NCBI RefSeq assembly: GCF_009914755.1
Contig: NC_060948.1
Direction: 5' to 3' (one strand)
DNA length: 64,000 nucleotides
DNA from: the human T2T-CHM13v2.0 reference genome, Homo sapiens
Positions 40,458 to 59,809 of this stretch are shown here, one piece after another; the stretch's first letter is position 1; every line of letters begins with the position of its first letter. The notes under the pieces were generated by a model, which worked only from the letters and a program-made list of their open reading frames with translations, made no database searches and was not told the origin of the DNA. A program made the position numbers and the translations under genes.

Positions 40458-42555
40458 AGATCCATATTTTTTAAATGAAAAAAAATTTCAAAGGTACTCT
40501 GCTTGGTACAATAATCAAATGTATAAACTGAGGAATAAAACATAACCATGAAACCTACTTATAACTGCATATGGAAAATACAGAGGATAATTTTTTAAAT
40601 AACATATTTTGAAAGCCTTAACTAGTAATTTGAAGAGTTGGCATTTGAAAGGCCAGTATGAATATACCTTCAAAGCAGCAACACAGGTTCCCCATGAGAA
40701 AAAGCAAACACAGGGAAAACAAAAACACAAAGGTTCAATCTCTTCTGACCTTTGAAAGACACAGCACAGACAGTGGTCCTTAGGACGAAGAGCAGGAGAC
40801 CCCTAATTCCGTCACCATGGCGATAGGGCATAAACATTGCTGGGTGAGGGCACAATCCACATTGTGAGGTCCAACTGCTGCCAGGAAGACAGGAGTGCTT
40901 TTACATAGACCGAAAGGTCATTGAAGGCACAGAGTTTTGTTTCAAGAACTGAATCCCAAGCCCACACGTTATTAGGCTGCGCTTCTTAAAACAAGTTATG
41001 AGATGGGAAAAAGGGCACCCACAAACATACGTATACATTATGTATATAATAATATACAGTATCATATATATAATATATATAACCTATGTATAATATTGTT
41101 TTACATCCTGCATCTTATGTTATATATATTGTATAAAATATAATAATTGATAATATATAAGTTTTATAATTATACAATATGACATATAGTATATATTATA
41201 ATTTATGACATATATAATATATGTTATATGTCATATATAGAATATATTATACGGTTAATATACGTATTAAATATAAATTATACATTATATATATTATATA
41301 TAATATATCTGTTATATATAATACCCTTTATGCATAATATATATATTATGTCTATGTTATATATAGTATAAAACAACATATAATAATATATAATTGTATA
41401 TATAAAATGCGACATATAATATATATTATATTTTATAACATATGTAATATATATTATATATAATACGTTGTATGTATAATACCTGTATTAAATATATATT
41501 ATATGACTATGTTATTAATTACATGTCACATGTGTTATATATTATATATTTTGCATAGAATATACCGGTTACATACAATATATACTATGTTACCTATAAT
41601 GTATAATTTATTACATGTAAAATAAAGAATGCAATATATTATGTATAATTTATAATATACCTTATGTGGAATGTGATATATATAACATATAATATATGAT
41701 ATATGATATACAGTATATGATATATAACATACAATATATGATTCCTAATATATATGGTATACAATATATATTTTATGATATGTATTCTATATGTTTTATA
41801 TTCTGTTATATATAACTATTTGAAATTATATATAACTGTATAATATTTTATGTAAATATGTAATATAATATATATAACTATATAATATATTATATATAAC
41901 TATATATTATGTTATATATACTTTTATAACATAATTTACATAAAATATCATAATATAATATATATTATATTATTTCATATTACATAATATATATTACATA
42001 TCACCCAATATAACTAACATACATAATATTATAATATAGATTATATTGTGTTATATTAAATATCATATATATCATGTATCATATATTCTATAATATATAT
42101 TACACATTATATAATATGTATGTTTTCTATTATGTGATATATATAACTATATATATAATTATATTTTTATACATATAACTAGATAAACATGTAATTCTAC
42201 ATATTTTCATTTATAATATGTAGAATTATATAATCATATATAATTATTTATATTCTATAAAAAATTTTATCATTATATAAATTATAATATATAAAAATTA
42301 TAATATGTACTACAAATATATATATTATATATCATATATGATATAGTACCTTTGTTATATATCATAATACATATAAATGTGTATTATGTTATCTATAATT
42401 ATATAATTTCATATATAAGATGTATAATATGTATCATATATTATATAAGTTATGTAATATATATAGTATATATAAGATGACACAGGATAAATATTATATA
42501 CTATGACATATAAAATATATGAGGTTATATGTTACATATAAGGCATAGCACATAA

Positions 42556-42870
<315 letters not shown>

Positions 42871-44998
42871 AGATCCATATTTTTTAAATGAAAAAAAATT
42901 TCAAAGGTACTCTGCTTGGTACAATAATCAAATGTATAAACTGAGGAATAAAACATAACCATGAAACCTACTTATAACTGCATATGGAAAATACAGAGGA
43001 TAATTTTTTAAATAACATATTTTGAAAGCCTTAACTAGTAATTTGAAGAGTTGGCATTTGAAAGGCCAGTATGAATATACCTTCAAAGCAGCAACACAGG
43101 TTCCCCATGAGAAAAAGCAAACACAGGGAAAACAAAAACACAAAGGTTCAATCTCTTCTGACCTTTGAAAGACACAGCACAGACAGTGGTCCTTAGGACG
43201 AAGAGCAGGAGACCCCTAATTCCGTCACCATGGCGATAGGGCATAAACATTGCTGGGTGAGGGCACAATCCACATTGTGAGGTCCAACTGCTGCCAGAAA
43301 GACAGGAGTGCTTTTACATAGACCGAAAGGTCATTGAAGGCTCAGAGTTTTGTTTCAAGAACTGAATCCCAAGCCCACACGTTATTAGGCTGCGCTTCTT
43401 AAAACAAGTTATGAGATGGGAAAAAGGGCACCCACAAACATACGTATACATTATGTATATAATAATATACAGTATCATATATATAATATATATAACCTAT
43501 GTATAATATTGTTTTACATCCTGCATCTTATGTTATATATATTGTATAAAATATAATAATTGATAATATATAAGTTTTATAATTATACAATAAGACATAT
43601 AGTATATATTATAATTTATGACATATATAATATATGTTATATGTCATATATAGAATATATTATACGGTTAATATACGTATTAAATATAAATTATACATTA
43701 TATATATTATATATAATATATCTGTTATATATAATGCCCATTATGCATAATATATATATTATGTCTATGTTATATATAGTATAAAACAACATATAATAAT
43801 ATATAATTGTATATATAAAATGCGACATATGATATATATTATATTTTATAACATATGTAATATATATTATATATTATATATAATACGTTGTATGTATAAT
43901 ACCTATATTAAATATATATTATATGACTATGTTATTAATTACATGTCACATGTGTTATATATTATATATTTTACATAGAATATACCGGTTACATACAATA
44001 TATACTATGTTACCTATAATGTATAATTTATTACATGTAAAATAAAGAATGCAATATATTATGTATAATTTATAATATACCTTATGTGGAATGTGATATA
44101 TATAACATATAATATATGATATATGATATACAGTATATGATATATAACATACAATATATGATTCCTAATATATATGGTATACAATATATATTTTATGATA
44201 TGTATTCTATATGTTTTATATTCTGTTATATATAACTATTTGAAATTATATATAACTGTATAATATTTTATGTAAATATGTAATATAATATATATCACTA
44301 TATAATATATTATATATAACTATATATTATGTTATATATACTTTTATAACTTAATTTACATAAAATATCATAATATAATATATATTATATTATTTCATAT
44401 TGCATAATATATATTACATATCACCCAATGTAACTAACATACATAATATTATAATATAGATTATATTGTGTTATATTAAATATCATATATATCATGTATC
44501 ATATATTCTATAATATATATTACACATTATATAATATGTATGTTGTCTATTATGTGATATATATAACTATATATATAATTATATTTTTATACATATAACT
44601 AGATAAACATGTAATTCTACATATTTTCATTTATAATATGTAGAATTATATAATCATATATAATTATTTATATTCTATAAAAAATTTTATCATTATATAA
44701 ATTATAATATATAAAAATTATAATATGTACTACAAATATATATATTATATATCATATATGATATAATACCTTTGTTATATATCATAATACATATAAATGT
44801 GTATTATGTTATCTATAATTATATAATTTCATATATAAGATGTATAATATGTATCATATATTATATATGTTATGTAATATATATAGTATATATAAGATGA
44901 CACAGGATAAATATTATATACTATGACATATAAAATATATGAGGTTATATGTTACATATAAGGCATAGCACATAACATGTAATATATATCATATATAA

Positions 44999-45289
44999 TT
45001 TTTTTTTAGACAGAATCTTGTCCTGTTGCACAGGGTGGGGACAATGGCGCCATCTTTGCTCACTGCAACTTCTGCCTCACGGGTCCAAGCGATTGTCCTC
45101 CCTCAGCCTCCCAGGTAGCTGGGACTACAGCACACTGGGACTACACCAGCTGCCACCATGCCTAGCTAATTTTTTGGATTTTTAGTAGTGACAGCGTTTC
45201 ACTGTATTGGCCAGGATGGTCTTGATCTCTTCACCTTGTGATCCCCTTGCCTTGGCCTCCAAATTTGCTGGGATTACAGGCCTGAGCCA
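44999..45289 (-). mobile_element. Alu copy, U19
   Basis: Same antisense Alu with a 1-bp deletion ('gggg acaatg' at ~45040). Confidence 0.93.
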
Positions 45290-47394
45290 AGATCCATATT
45301 TTTTAAATGAAAAAAAATTTCAAAGGTACTCTGCTTGGTACAATAATCAAATGTATAAACTGAGGAATAAAACATAACCATGAAACCTACTTATAACTGC
45401 ATATGGAAAATACAGAGGATAATTTTTTAAATAACATATTTTGAAAGCCTTAACTAGTAATTTGAAGAGTTGGCATTTGAAAGGCCAGTATGAATATACC
45501 TTCAAAGCAGCAACACAGGTTCCCCATGAGAAAAAGCAAGCACAGGGAAAACAAAAACACAAAGGTTCAATCTCTTCTGACCTTTGAAAGACACAGCACA
45601 GACAGTGGTCCTTAGGATGAAGAGCAGGAGACCCCTAATTCCGTCACCATGGCGATAGGGCATAAACATTGCTGGGTGAGGGCACAATCCACATTGTGAG
45701 GTCCAACTGCTGCCAGAAAGACAGGAGTGCTTTTACATAGACCGAAAGGTCATTGAAGGCTCAGAGTTTTGTTTCAAGAACTGAATCCCAAGCCCACACG
45801 TTATTAGGCTGCGCTTCTTAAAACAAGTTATGAGATGGGAAAAAGGGCACCCACAAACATACGTATACATTATGTATATAATAATATACAGTATCATATA
45901 TATAATATATATAACCTATGTATAATATTGTTTTACATCCTGCATCTTATGTTATATATATTGTATAAAATATAATAATTGATAATATATAAGTTTTATA
46001 ATTATACAATAAGACATATAGTATATATTATAATTTATGACATATATAATATATGTTATATGTCATATATAGAATATATTATACGGTTAATATACGTATT
46101 AAATATAAATTATACATTATATATATTATATATAATATATCTGTTATATATAATGCCCATTATGCATAATATATATATTATGTCTATGTTATATATAGTA
46201 TAAAACAACATATAATAATATATAATTGTATATATAAAATGCGACATATGATATATATTATATTTTATAACATATGTAATATATATTATATATTATATAT
46301 AATACGTTGTATGTATAATACCTATATTAAATATATATTATATGACTATGTTATTAATTACATGTCACATGTGTTATATATTATATATTTTACATAGAAT
46401 ATACCGGTTACATACAATATATACTATGTTACCTATAATGTATAATTTATTACATGTAAAATAAAGAATGCAATATATTATGTATAATTTATAATATACA
46501 ATATGTGGAATGTGATATATATAACATATAATATATGATATATGATATACAGTATATGATATATAACATACAATATATGATTCCTAATATATATGGTATA
46601 CAATATATATTTTATGATATTTATTCTATATGTTTTATATTCTGTTATATATAACTATTTGAAATTATATATAACTGTATAATATTTTATGTAAATATGT
46701 AATATAATATATATAACTATATAATATATTATATATAACTATATATTATGTTATATATACTTTTATAACTTAATTTACATAAAATATCATAATATAATAT
46801 ATATTATATTATTTCATATTGCATAATATATATTACATATCACCCAATATAACTAACATACATAATATTATAATATAGATTATATTGTGTTATATTAAAT
46901 ATCATATATATCATGTATCATATATTCTATAATATATATTACACATTATATAATATGTATGTTGTCTATTATGTGATATATATAACTATATATATAATTA
47001 TATTTTTATACATATAACTAGATAAACATGTAATTCTACATATTTTCATTTATAATATGTAGAATTATATAATCATATATAATTATTTATATTCTATAAA
47101 AAATTTTATCATTATATAAATTATAATATATAAAAATTATAATATGTACTACAAATATATATATTATATATCATATATGATATAATACCTTTGTTATATA
47201 TCATAATACATATAAATGTGTATTATGTTATCTATAATTATATAATTTCATATATAAGATATATAATATGTATCATATATTATATATGTTATGTAATATA
47301 TATAGTATATATAAGATGACACAGGATAAATATTATATACTATGACATATAAAATATATGAGGTTATATGTTACATATAAGGCATAGCACATAA

Positions 47395-47709
<315 letters not shown>

Positions 47710-49837
47710 AGATCCATATTTTTTAAATGAAAAAAAATTTCAAAGGTACTCTGCTTGGTACAATAATCAAATGTATAAACTGAGGAATAAAACATAACCA
47801 TGAAACCTACTTATAACTGCATATGGAAAATACAGAGTATAATTTTTTAAATAACATATTTTGAAAGCCTTAACTAGTAATTTGAAGAGTTGGCATTTGA
47901 AAGGCCAGTATGAATATACCTTCAAAGCAGCAACACAGGTTCCCCATGAGAAAAAGCAAGCACAGGGAAAACAAAAACACAAAGGTTCAATCTCTTCTGA
48001 CCTTTGAAAGACACAGCACAGACAGTGGTCCTTAGGACGAAGAGCAGGAGACCCCTAATTCCGTCACCATGGCGATAGGGCATAAACATTGCTGGGTGAG
48101 GGCACAATCCACATTGTGAGGTCCAACTGCTGCCAGGAAGACAGGAGTGCTTTTACATAGACCGAAAGGTCATTGAAGGCTCAGAGTTTTGTTTCAAGAA
48201 CTGAATCCCAAGCCCACACGTTATTAGGCTGCGCTTCTTAAAACAAGTTATGAGATGGGAAAAAGGGCACCCACAAACATACGTATACATTATGTATATA
48301 ATAATATACAGTATCATATATATAATATATATAACCTATGTATAATATTGTTTTACATCCTGCATCTTATGTTATATATATTGTATAAAATATAATAATT
48401 GAAAATATATAAGTTTTATAATTATACAATATGACATATAGTATATATTATAATTTATGACATATATAATATATGTTATATGTCATATATAGAATATATT
48501 ATACGGTTAATATACGTATTAAATATAAATTATACATTATATATATTATATATAATATATCTGTTATATATAATACCCATTATGCATAATATATATATTA
48601 TGTCTATGTTATATATAGTATAAAACAACATATAATAATATATAATTGTATATATAAAATGCGACATATAATATATATTATATTTTATAACATATGTAAT
48701 ATATATTATATATTATATATAATACGTTGTATGTATAATACCTATATTAAATATATATTATATGACTATGTTATTAATTACATGTCACATGTGTTATATA
48801 TTATATATTTTACATAGAATATACCGGTTACATACAATATATACTATGTTACCTATAATGTATAATTTATTACATGTAAAATAAAGAATGCAATATATTA
48901 TGTATAATTTATAATATACCTTATGTGGAATGTGATATATATAACATATAATATATGATATATGATATGCAGTATATGATATATAACATACAATATATGA
49001 TTCCTAATATATATGGTATACAATATATATTTTATGATATTTATTCTATATGTTTTATATTCTGTTATATATAACTATTTGAAATTATATATAACTGTAT
49101 AATATTTTATGTAAATATGTAATATAATATATATAACTATATAATATATTATATATAACTATATATTATGTTATATATACTTTTATAACTTAATTTACAT
49201 AAAATATCATAATATAATATATATTATATTATTTCATATTGCATAATATATATTACATATCACCCAATATAACTAACATACATAATATTATAATATAGAT
49301 TATATTGTGTTATATTAAATATCATATATATCATGTATCATATATTCTATAATATATATTACACATTATATAATATGTATGTTGTCTATTATGTGATATA
49401 TATAACTATATATATAATTATATTTTTATACATATAACTAGATAAACATGTAATTCTACATATTTTCATTTATAATATGTTGAATTATATAATCATATAT
49501 AATTATTTATATTCTATAAAAAATTTTATCATTATATAAATTATAATATATAAAAATTATAATATGTACTACAAATATATATATTATATATCATATATGA
49601 TATAATACCTTTGTTATATATCATAATACATATAAATGTGTATTATGTTATCTATAATTATATAATTTCATATATAAGATGTATAATATGTATCATATAT
49701 TATATATGTTATGTAATATATATAGTATATATAAGATGACACAGGATAAATATTATATACTATGACATATAAAATATATGAGGTTATATGTTACATATAA
49801 GGCATAGCACATAACATGTAATATATATCATATATAA

Positions 49838-50129
49838 TTTTTTTTTAGACAGAATCTTGTCCTGTTGCACAGGGTGGGGTACAATGGCGCCATCTTTGCT
49901 CACTGCAACTTCTGCCTCACGGGTCCAAGCGATTGTCCTCCCTCAGGCTCCCAGGTAGCTGGGACTACACCACACTGGGACTACACCAGCTGCCACCATG
50001 CCTAGCTAATTTTTTGGATTTTTAGTAGTGACAGCGTTTCACTGTATTGGCCAGGATGGTCTTGATCTCTTCACCTTGTGATCCCCTTGCCTTGGCCTCC
50101 AAATTTGCTGGGATTACAGGCCTGAGCCA
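49838..50129 (-). mobile_element. Alu copy, U21
   Basis: Same antisense Alu as U1. Confidence 0.93.
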
Positions 50130-52257
50130 AGATCCATATTTTTTAAATGAAAAAAAATTTCAAAGGTACTCTGCTTGGTACAATAATCAAATGTATAAAC
50201 TGAGGAATAAAACATAACCATGAAACCTACTTATAACTGCATATGGAAAATACAGAGGATATTTTTTTAAATAACATATTTTGAAAGCCTTAACTAGTAA
50301 TTTGAAGAGTTGGCATTTGAAAGGCCAGTATGAATATACCTTCAAAGCAGCAACACAGGTTCCCCATGAGAAAAAGCAAACACAGGGAAAATAAAAACAC
50401 AAAGGTTCAATCTCTTCTGACCTTTGAAAGACACAGCACAGACAGTGGTCCTTAGGACGAAGAGCAGGAGACCCCTAATTCCGTCACCATGGCGATAGGG
50501 CATAAACATTGCTGGGTGAGGGCACAATCCACATTGTGAGGTCCAACTGCTGCCAGGAAGACAGGAGTGCTTTTACATAGACCGAAAGGTCATTGAAGGC
50601 TCAGAGTTTTGTTTCAAGAACTGAATCCCAAGCCCACACGTTATTAGGCTGCGCTTCTTAAAACAAGTTATGAGATGGGAAAAAGGGCACCCACAAACAT
50701 ACGTATGCATTATGTATATAATAATATACAGTATCATATATATAATATATATAACCTATGTATAATAATGTTTTACATCCTGCATCTTATGTTATATATA
50801 TTGTATAAAATATAATAATTGATAATATATAAGTTTTATAATTATACAATATGACATATAGTATATATTATAATTTATGACATATATAATATATGTTATA
50901 TGTCATATATAGAATATATTATACGGTTAATATACGTATTAAATATAAATTATACATTATATATATTATATATAATATATCTGTTATATATAATACCCAT
51001 TATGCATAATATATATATTATGTCTATGTTATATATAGTATAAAACAACATATAATAATATATAATTGTATATATAAAATGCGACATATAATATATATTA
51101 TATTTTATAACATATGTAATATATATTATATATTATATATAATACGTTGTATGTATAATACCTATATTAAATATATATTATATGACTATGTTATTAATTA
51201 CATGTCACATGTGTTATATATTATATATTTTACATAGAATATACCGGTTACATACAATATATACTATGTTACCTATAATGTATAATTTATTACATGTAAA
51301 ATAAAGAATGCAATATATTATGTATAATTTATAATATACAATATGTGGAATGTGATATATATAACATATAATATATGATATATGATATACAGTATATGAT
51401 ATATAACATACAATATATGATTCCTAATGTATATGGTATACAATATATATTTTATGATATTTATTCTATATGTTTTATATTCTGTTAAATATAACTATTT
51501 GAAATTATATATAACTGTATAATATTTTATGTAAATATGTAATATAATATATATAACTATATAATATATTATATATAACTATATATTATGTTATATATAC
51601 TTTTATAACATAATTTACATAAAATATCATAATATAATATATATTATATTATTTCATATTACATAATATATATTACATATCACCCAATATAACTAACATA
51701 CATAATATTATAATATAGATTATATTGTGTTATATTAAATATCATATATATCATGTATCATATATTCTATAATATATATTACACATTATATAATATGTAT
51801 GTTGTCTATTATGTGATATATATAACTCTATATATAATTATATTTTTATACATATAACTAGATAAACATGTAATTCTACATATTTTCATTTATAATATGT
51901 AGAATTATATAATCATATATAATTATTTATATTCTATAAAAAATTTTATCATTATATAAATTATAATATATAAAAATTATAATATGTACTACAAATATAT
52001 ATATTATATATCATATATGATATAGTACCTTTGTTATATATCATAATACATATAAATGTGTATTATGTTATCTATAATTATATAATTTCATATATAAGAT
52101 GTATAGTATGTATCATATATTATATATGTTATGTAATATATATAGTATATATAAGATGACACAGGATAAATATTATATACTATGACATGTAAAATATATG
52201 AGGTTATATGTTACATATAAGGCATAGCACATAACATGTAATATATATCATATATAA

Positions 52258-52549
52258 TTTTTTTTTAGACAGAATCTTGTCCTGTTGCACAGGGTGGGGT
52301 ACAATGGCGCCATCTTTGCTCACTGCAACTTCTGCCTCACGGGTCCAAGCGATTGTCCTCCCTCAGGCTCCCAGGTAGCTGGGACTACACCACACTGGGA
52401 CTACACCAGCTGCCACCATGCCTAGCTAATTTTTTGGATTTTTAGTAGTGACAGCGTTTCACTGTATTGGCCAGGATGGTCTTGATCTCTTCACCTTGTG
52501 ATCCCCTTGCCTTGGCCTCCAAATTTGCTGGGATTACAGGCCTGAGCCA
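52258..52549 (-). mobile_element. Alu copy, U22
   Basis: Same antisense Alu as U1. Confidence 0.93.
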
Positions 52550-54654
52550 AGATCCATATTTTTTAAATGAAAAAAAATTTCAAAGGTACTCTGCTTGGTA
52601 CAATAATCAAATGTATAAACTGAGGAATAAAACATAACCATGAAACCTACTTATAACTGCATATGGAAAATACAGAGGATATTTTTTTAAATAACATATT
52701 TTGAAAGCCTTAACTAGTAATTTGAAGAGTTGGCATTTGAAAGGCCAGTATGAATATACCTTCAAAGCAGCAACACAGGTTCCCCATGAGAAAAAGCAAA
52801 CACAGGGAAAATAAAAACACAAAGGTTCAATCTCTTCTGACCTTTGAAAGACACAGCACAGACAGTGGTCCTTAGGACGAAGAGCAGGAGACCCCTAATT
52901 CCGTCACCATGGCGATAGGGCATAAACATTGCTGGGTGAGGGCACAATCCACATTGTGAGGTCCAACTGCTGCCAGGAAGACAGGAGTGCTTTTACATAG
53001 ACCGAAAGGTCATTGAAGGCTCAGAGTTTTGTTTCAAGAACTGAATCCCAAGCCCACACGTTATTAGGCTGCGCTTCTTAAAACAAGTTATGAGATGGGA
53101 AAAAGGGCACCCACAAACATACGTATGCATTATGTATATAATAATATACAGTATCATATATATAATATATATAACATATGTATAATAATGTTTTACATCC
53201 TGCATCTTATGTTATATATATTGTATAAAATATAATAATTGATAATATATAAGTTTTATAATTATACAATATGACATATAGTATATATTATAATTTATGA
53301 CATATATAATATATGTTATATGTCATATATAGAATATATTATACGGTTAATATACGTATTAAATATAAATTATACATTATATATATTATATATAATATAT
53401 CTGTTATATATAATACCCATTATGCATAATATATATATTATGTCTATGTTATATATAGTATAAAACAACATATAATAATATATAATTGTATATATAAAAT
53501 GCGACATATAATATATATTATATTTTATAACATATGTAATATATATTATATATTATATATAATACGTTGTATGTATAATACCTATATTAAATATATATTA
53601 TATGACTATTTTATTAATTACATGTCACATGTGTTATATATTATATATTTTACATAGAATATACCGGTTACATACAATATATACTATGTTACCTATAATG
53701 TATAATTTATTACATGTAAAATAAAGAATGCAATATATTATGTATAATTTATAATATACAATATGTGGAATGTGATATATATAACATATAATATATGATA
53801 TATGATATACAGTATATGATATATAACATACAATATATGATTCCTAATGTATATGGTATACAATATATATTTTATGATATTTATTCTATATGTTTTATAT
53901 ACTGTTATATATAACTATTTGAAATTATATATAACTGTATAATATTTTATGTAAATATGTAATATAATATATATAACTATATAATATATTATATATAACT
54001 ATATATTATGTTATATATACTTTTATAACATAATTTACATGAAATATCATAATATAACATATATTATATTATTTCATATTACATAATATATATTACATAT
54101 CACCCAATATAACTAACATACATAATATTATAATATAGATTATATTGTGTTATATTAAATATCATATATATCATGTATCATATATTCTATAATATATATT
54201 ACACATTATATAATATGTATGTTGTCTATTATGTGATATATATAACTCTATATATAATTATATTTTTATACATATAACTAGATAAACATGTAATTCTACA
54301 TATTTTCATTTATAATATGTAGAATTATATAATCATATATAATTATTAATATTCTATAAAAAATTTTATCATTATATAAATTATAATATATTAAAATTAT
54401 AATATGTACTACAAATATATACATTATATATCATATATGATATAGTACCTTTGTTATATATCATAATACATATAAATGTGTATTATGTTATCTATAATTA
54501 TATAATTTCATATATAAGATGTATAATATGTATCATATATTATATATGTTATGTAATATATATAGTATATATAAGATGACACAGGATAAATATTATATAC
54601 TATGACATATAAAATATATCAGGTTATATGTTACATATAAGGCATAGCACATAA

Positions 54655-54969
<315 letters not shown>

Positions 54970-57074
54970 AGATCCATATTTTTTAAATGAAAAAAAATTT
55001 CAAAGGTACTCTGCTTGGTACAATAATCAAATGTGTAAACTGAGGAATAAAACATAACCATGAAACCTACTTATAACTGCATATGGAAAATACAGAGGAT
55101 AATTTTTTAAATAACATATTTTGAAAGCCTTAACTAGTAATTTGAAGAGTTGGCATTTGAAAGGCCAGTATGAATATACCTTCAAAGCAGCAACACAGGT
55201 TCCCCATGAGAAAAAGCAAACACAGGGAAAATAAAAACACAAAGGTTCAATCTCTTCTGACCTTTGAAAGACACAGCACAGACAGTGGTCCTTAGGACGA
55301 AGAGCAGGAGACCCCTAATTCCGTCACCATGGCGATAGGGCATAAACATTGCTGGGTGAGGGCACAATCCACATTGTGAGGTCCAACTGCTGCCAGGAAG
55401 ACAAGAGTGCTTTTACATAGACCGAAAGTTCATTGAAGGCTCAGAGTTTTGTTTCAAGAACTGAATCCCAAGCCCACACGTTATTAGGCTGCGCTTCTTA
55501 AAACAAGTTATGAGATGGGAAAAAGGGCACCCACAAACATACGTATACATTATGTATATAATAATATACAGTATCATATATATAATATATATAACCTATG
55601 TATAATATTGTTTTACATCCTGCATCTTATGTTATATATATTGTATAAAATATAATAATTGATAATATATAAGTTTTATAATTATACAATATGACATATA
55701 GTATATATTATAATTTATGACATATATAATATATGTTATATGTCATATATAGAATATATTATACGGTTAATATACGTATTAAATATAAATTATACATTAT
55801 ATATATTATATATAATATATCTGTTATATATAATACCCATTATGCATAATATATATATTATGTCTATGTTATATATAGTATAAAACAACATATAATAATA
55901 TATAATTGTATATATAAAATGCGACATATAATATATATTATATTTTATAACATATGTAATATATATTATATATTATATATAATACGTTGTATGTATAATA
56001 CCTATATTAAATATATATTATATGACTATGTTATTAATTACATGTCACATGTGTTATATATTATATATTTTACATAGAATATACCGGTTACATACAATAT
56101 ATACTATGTTACCTATAATGTATAATTTATTACATGTAAAATAAAGAATGCAATATATTATGTATAATTTACAATATACAATATGTGGAATGTGATATAT
56201 ATAACATATAATATATGATATATGATATACAGTATATGATATATAACATACAATATATGATTCCTAATATATATGGTATACAATATATATTTTATGTTAT
56301 GTATTCTCTATGTTTTATATTCTGTTATATATAACTATTTGAAATTATATATAACTGTATAATATTTTATGTAAATATGTAATATAATATATATAACTAT
56401 ATAATATATTATATATAACTATATATTATCTTATATATACTTTTATAACATAATTTACATAAAATATCATAATATAATATATATTATATTATTTCATATT
56501 ACATAATATATATTACATATCACCCAATATAACTAACATACATAATATTATAATATAGATTATATTGTGTTATATTAAATATCATATATATCATGTATCA
56601 TATATTCTATAATATGTATTACACTTTATATAATATGTATGTTGTCTATTATGTGATATATATAACTATATATATAATTATATTTTTATACATATAACTA
56701 GATAAACATGTAATTCTACATATTTTCATTTATAATATGTAGAATTATATAATCATATATAATTATTTATATTCTATAAAAAATTTTATCATTATATAAA
56801 TTATAATATATAAAAATTATAATATGTACTACAAATATATATATTATATATCATATATGATATAGTACCTTTGTTATATTTCATAATACATATAAATGTG
56901 TATTATGTTATCTATAATTATATAATTTCATATATAAGATGTATAATATGTATCATATATTATATATGTTATGTAATATATATAGTATATATAAGATGAC
57001 ACAGGATAAATATTATATACTATGACTTATAAAATATATGAGGTTATATGTTACATATAAGTCATAGCACATAA

Positions 57075-57389
<315 letters not shown>

Positions 57390-59494
57390 AGATCCATATT
57401 TTTTAAATGAAAAAAAATTTCAAAGGTACTCTGCTTGGTACAATAATCAAATGTATAAACTGAGGAATAAAACATAACCATGAAACCTACTTATAACTGC
57501 ATATGGAAAATACAGAGGATAATTTTTTAAATAACATATTTTGAAAGCCTTAACTAGTAATTTGAAGAGCTGGCATTTGAAAGGCCAGTATGAATATACC
57601 TTCAAAGCAGCAACACAGGTTCCCCATGAGAAAAAGCAAACACAGGGAAAATAAAAACACAAAGGTTCAATCTCTTCTGACCTTTGAAAGACACAGCACA
57701 GACAGTGGTCCTTAGGACGAAGAGCAGGAGACCCCTAATTCCGTCACCATGGCGATAGGGCATAAACATTGCTGGGTGAGGGCACAATCCACATTGTGAG
57801 GTCCAACTGCTGCCAGGAAGACAGGAGTGCTTTTACATAGACCGAAAGGTCATTGAAGGCTCAGAGTTTTGTTTCAAGAACTGAATCCCAAGCCCACACG
57901 TTATTAGGCTGCGCTTCTTAAAACAAGTTATGAGATGGGAAAAAGGGCACCCACAAACATACGTATACATTATGTATATAATAATATACAGTGTCATATA
58001 TATAATATATATAACCTATGTATAACATTGTTTTACATCCTGCATCTTATGTTATATATATTGTATAAAATATAATAATTGATAATATATAAGTTTTATA
58101 ATTATACAATATGACATATAGTATATATTATAATTTATGACATATATAATATATGTTATATGTCATATATAGAATATATTATACGGTTAATATACGTATT
58201 AAATATAAATTATACATTATATATATTATATATAATATATCTGTTATATATAATAACCATTATGCATAATATATATATTATGTCTATGTTATATATAGTA
58301 TAAAACAACATATAATAATATATAATTGTATATATAAAATGCGACATATAATATATATTATATTTTATAACATATGTAATATATATTATATATTATATAT
58401 AATACGTTGTATGTATAATACCTATATTAAATATATATTATAGGACTATGTTATTAATTACATGTCACATGTGTTATATATTATATATTTTACATAGAAT
58501 ATACCGGTTACATACAATATATACTATGTTACCTATAATGTATAATTTATTACATGTAAAATAAAGAATGCAACATATTATGTATAATTTATAATATACA
58601 ATATGTGGAATGTGATATATATAACATATAATATATGATATTTGATATACAGTATATGATATATAACATACAATGTATGATTCCTTATATATATGGTATA
58701 CAATATATATTTTATGATATGTATTCTATATGTTTTATATTCTGTTATATATAACTATTTGAAATTATATATAACTGTATAATATTTTATGTAAATATGT
58801 AATATAATATATATAACTATATAATATACTATATATAACTATATATTATGTTATATATACTTTTATAACATAATTTACATAAAATATCATAATATAATAT
58901 ATATTATATTATTTCATATTACATAATATATATTACATATCACCCAATATAACTAACATACATAATATTATAATATAGATTATACTGTGTTATATTAAAT
59001 ATCATATATATCATGTATCATATATTCTATAATATATATTACACGTTATATAATATATATGTTGTCTATTATGTGATATATATAACTATATATATAATTA
59101 TATTTTTATACATATAACTAGATAAACATGTAATTCTACATATTTTCATTTATAATATGTAGAATTATATAATCATATATAATTATTTATATTCTATAAA
59201 AAATTTTATCATTATATAAATTATAATATATAAAAATTATAATATGTACTACAAATATATATATTATATATCATATATGATATAGTACCTTTGTTATGTA
59301 TCATAATACATATAAATGTGTATTATGTTATCTATAATTATATAATTTCATATATAAGATGTATAATATGTGTCATATATTATATATGTTATGTAATATA
59401 TATAGTATATATAAGATGACACAGGATAAATATTATATACTATGACATATAAAATATATGAGGTTATATGTTACATATAAGGCATAGCACATAA

Positions 59495-59809
<315 letters not shown>

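Noticed and set aside
43560-43784. Ile/Tyr-rich ORFs (also 45979-46203, 31217-31429, 52993-53205)
   Set aside because: Translations of TA-rich low-complexity DNA opened by single variants in one or two units.
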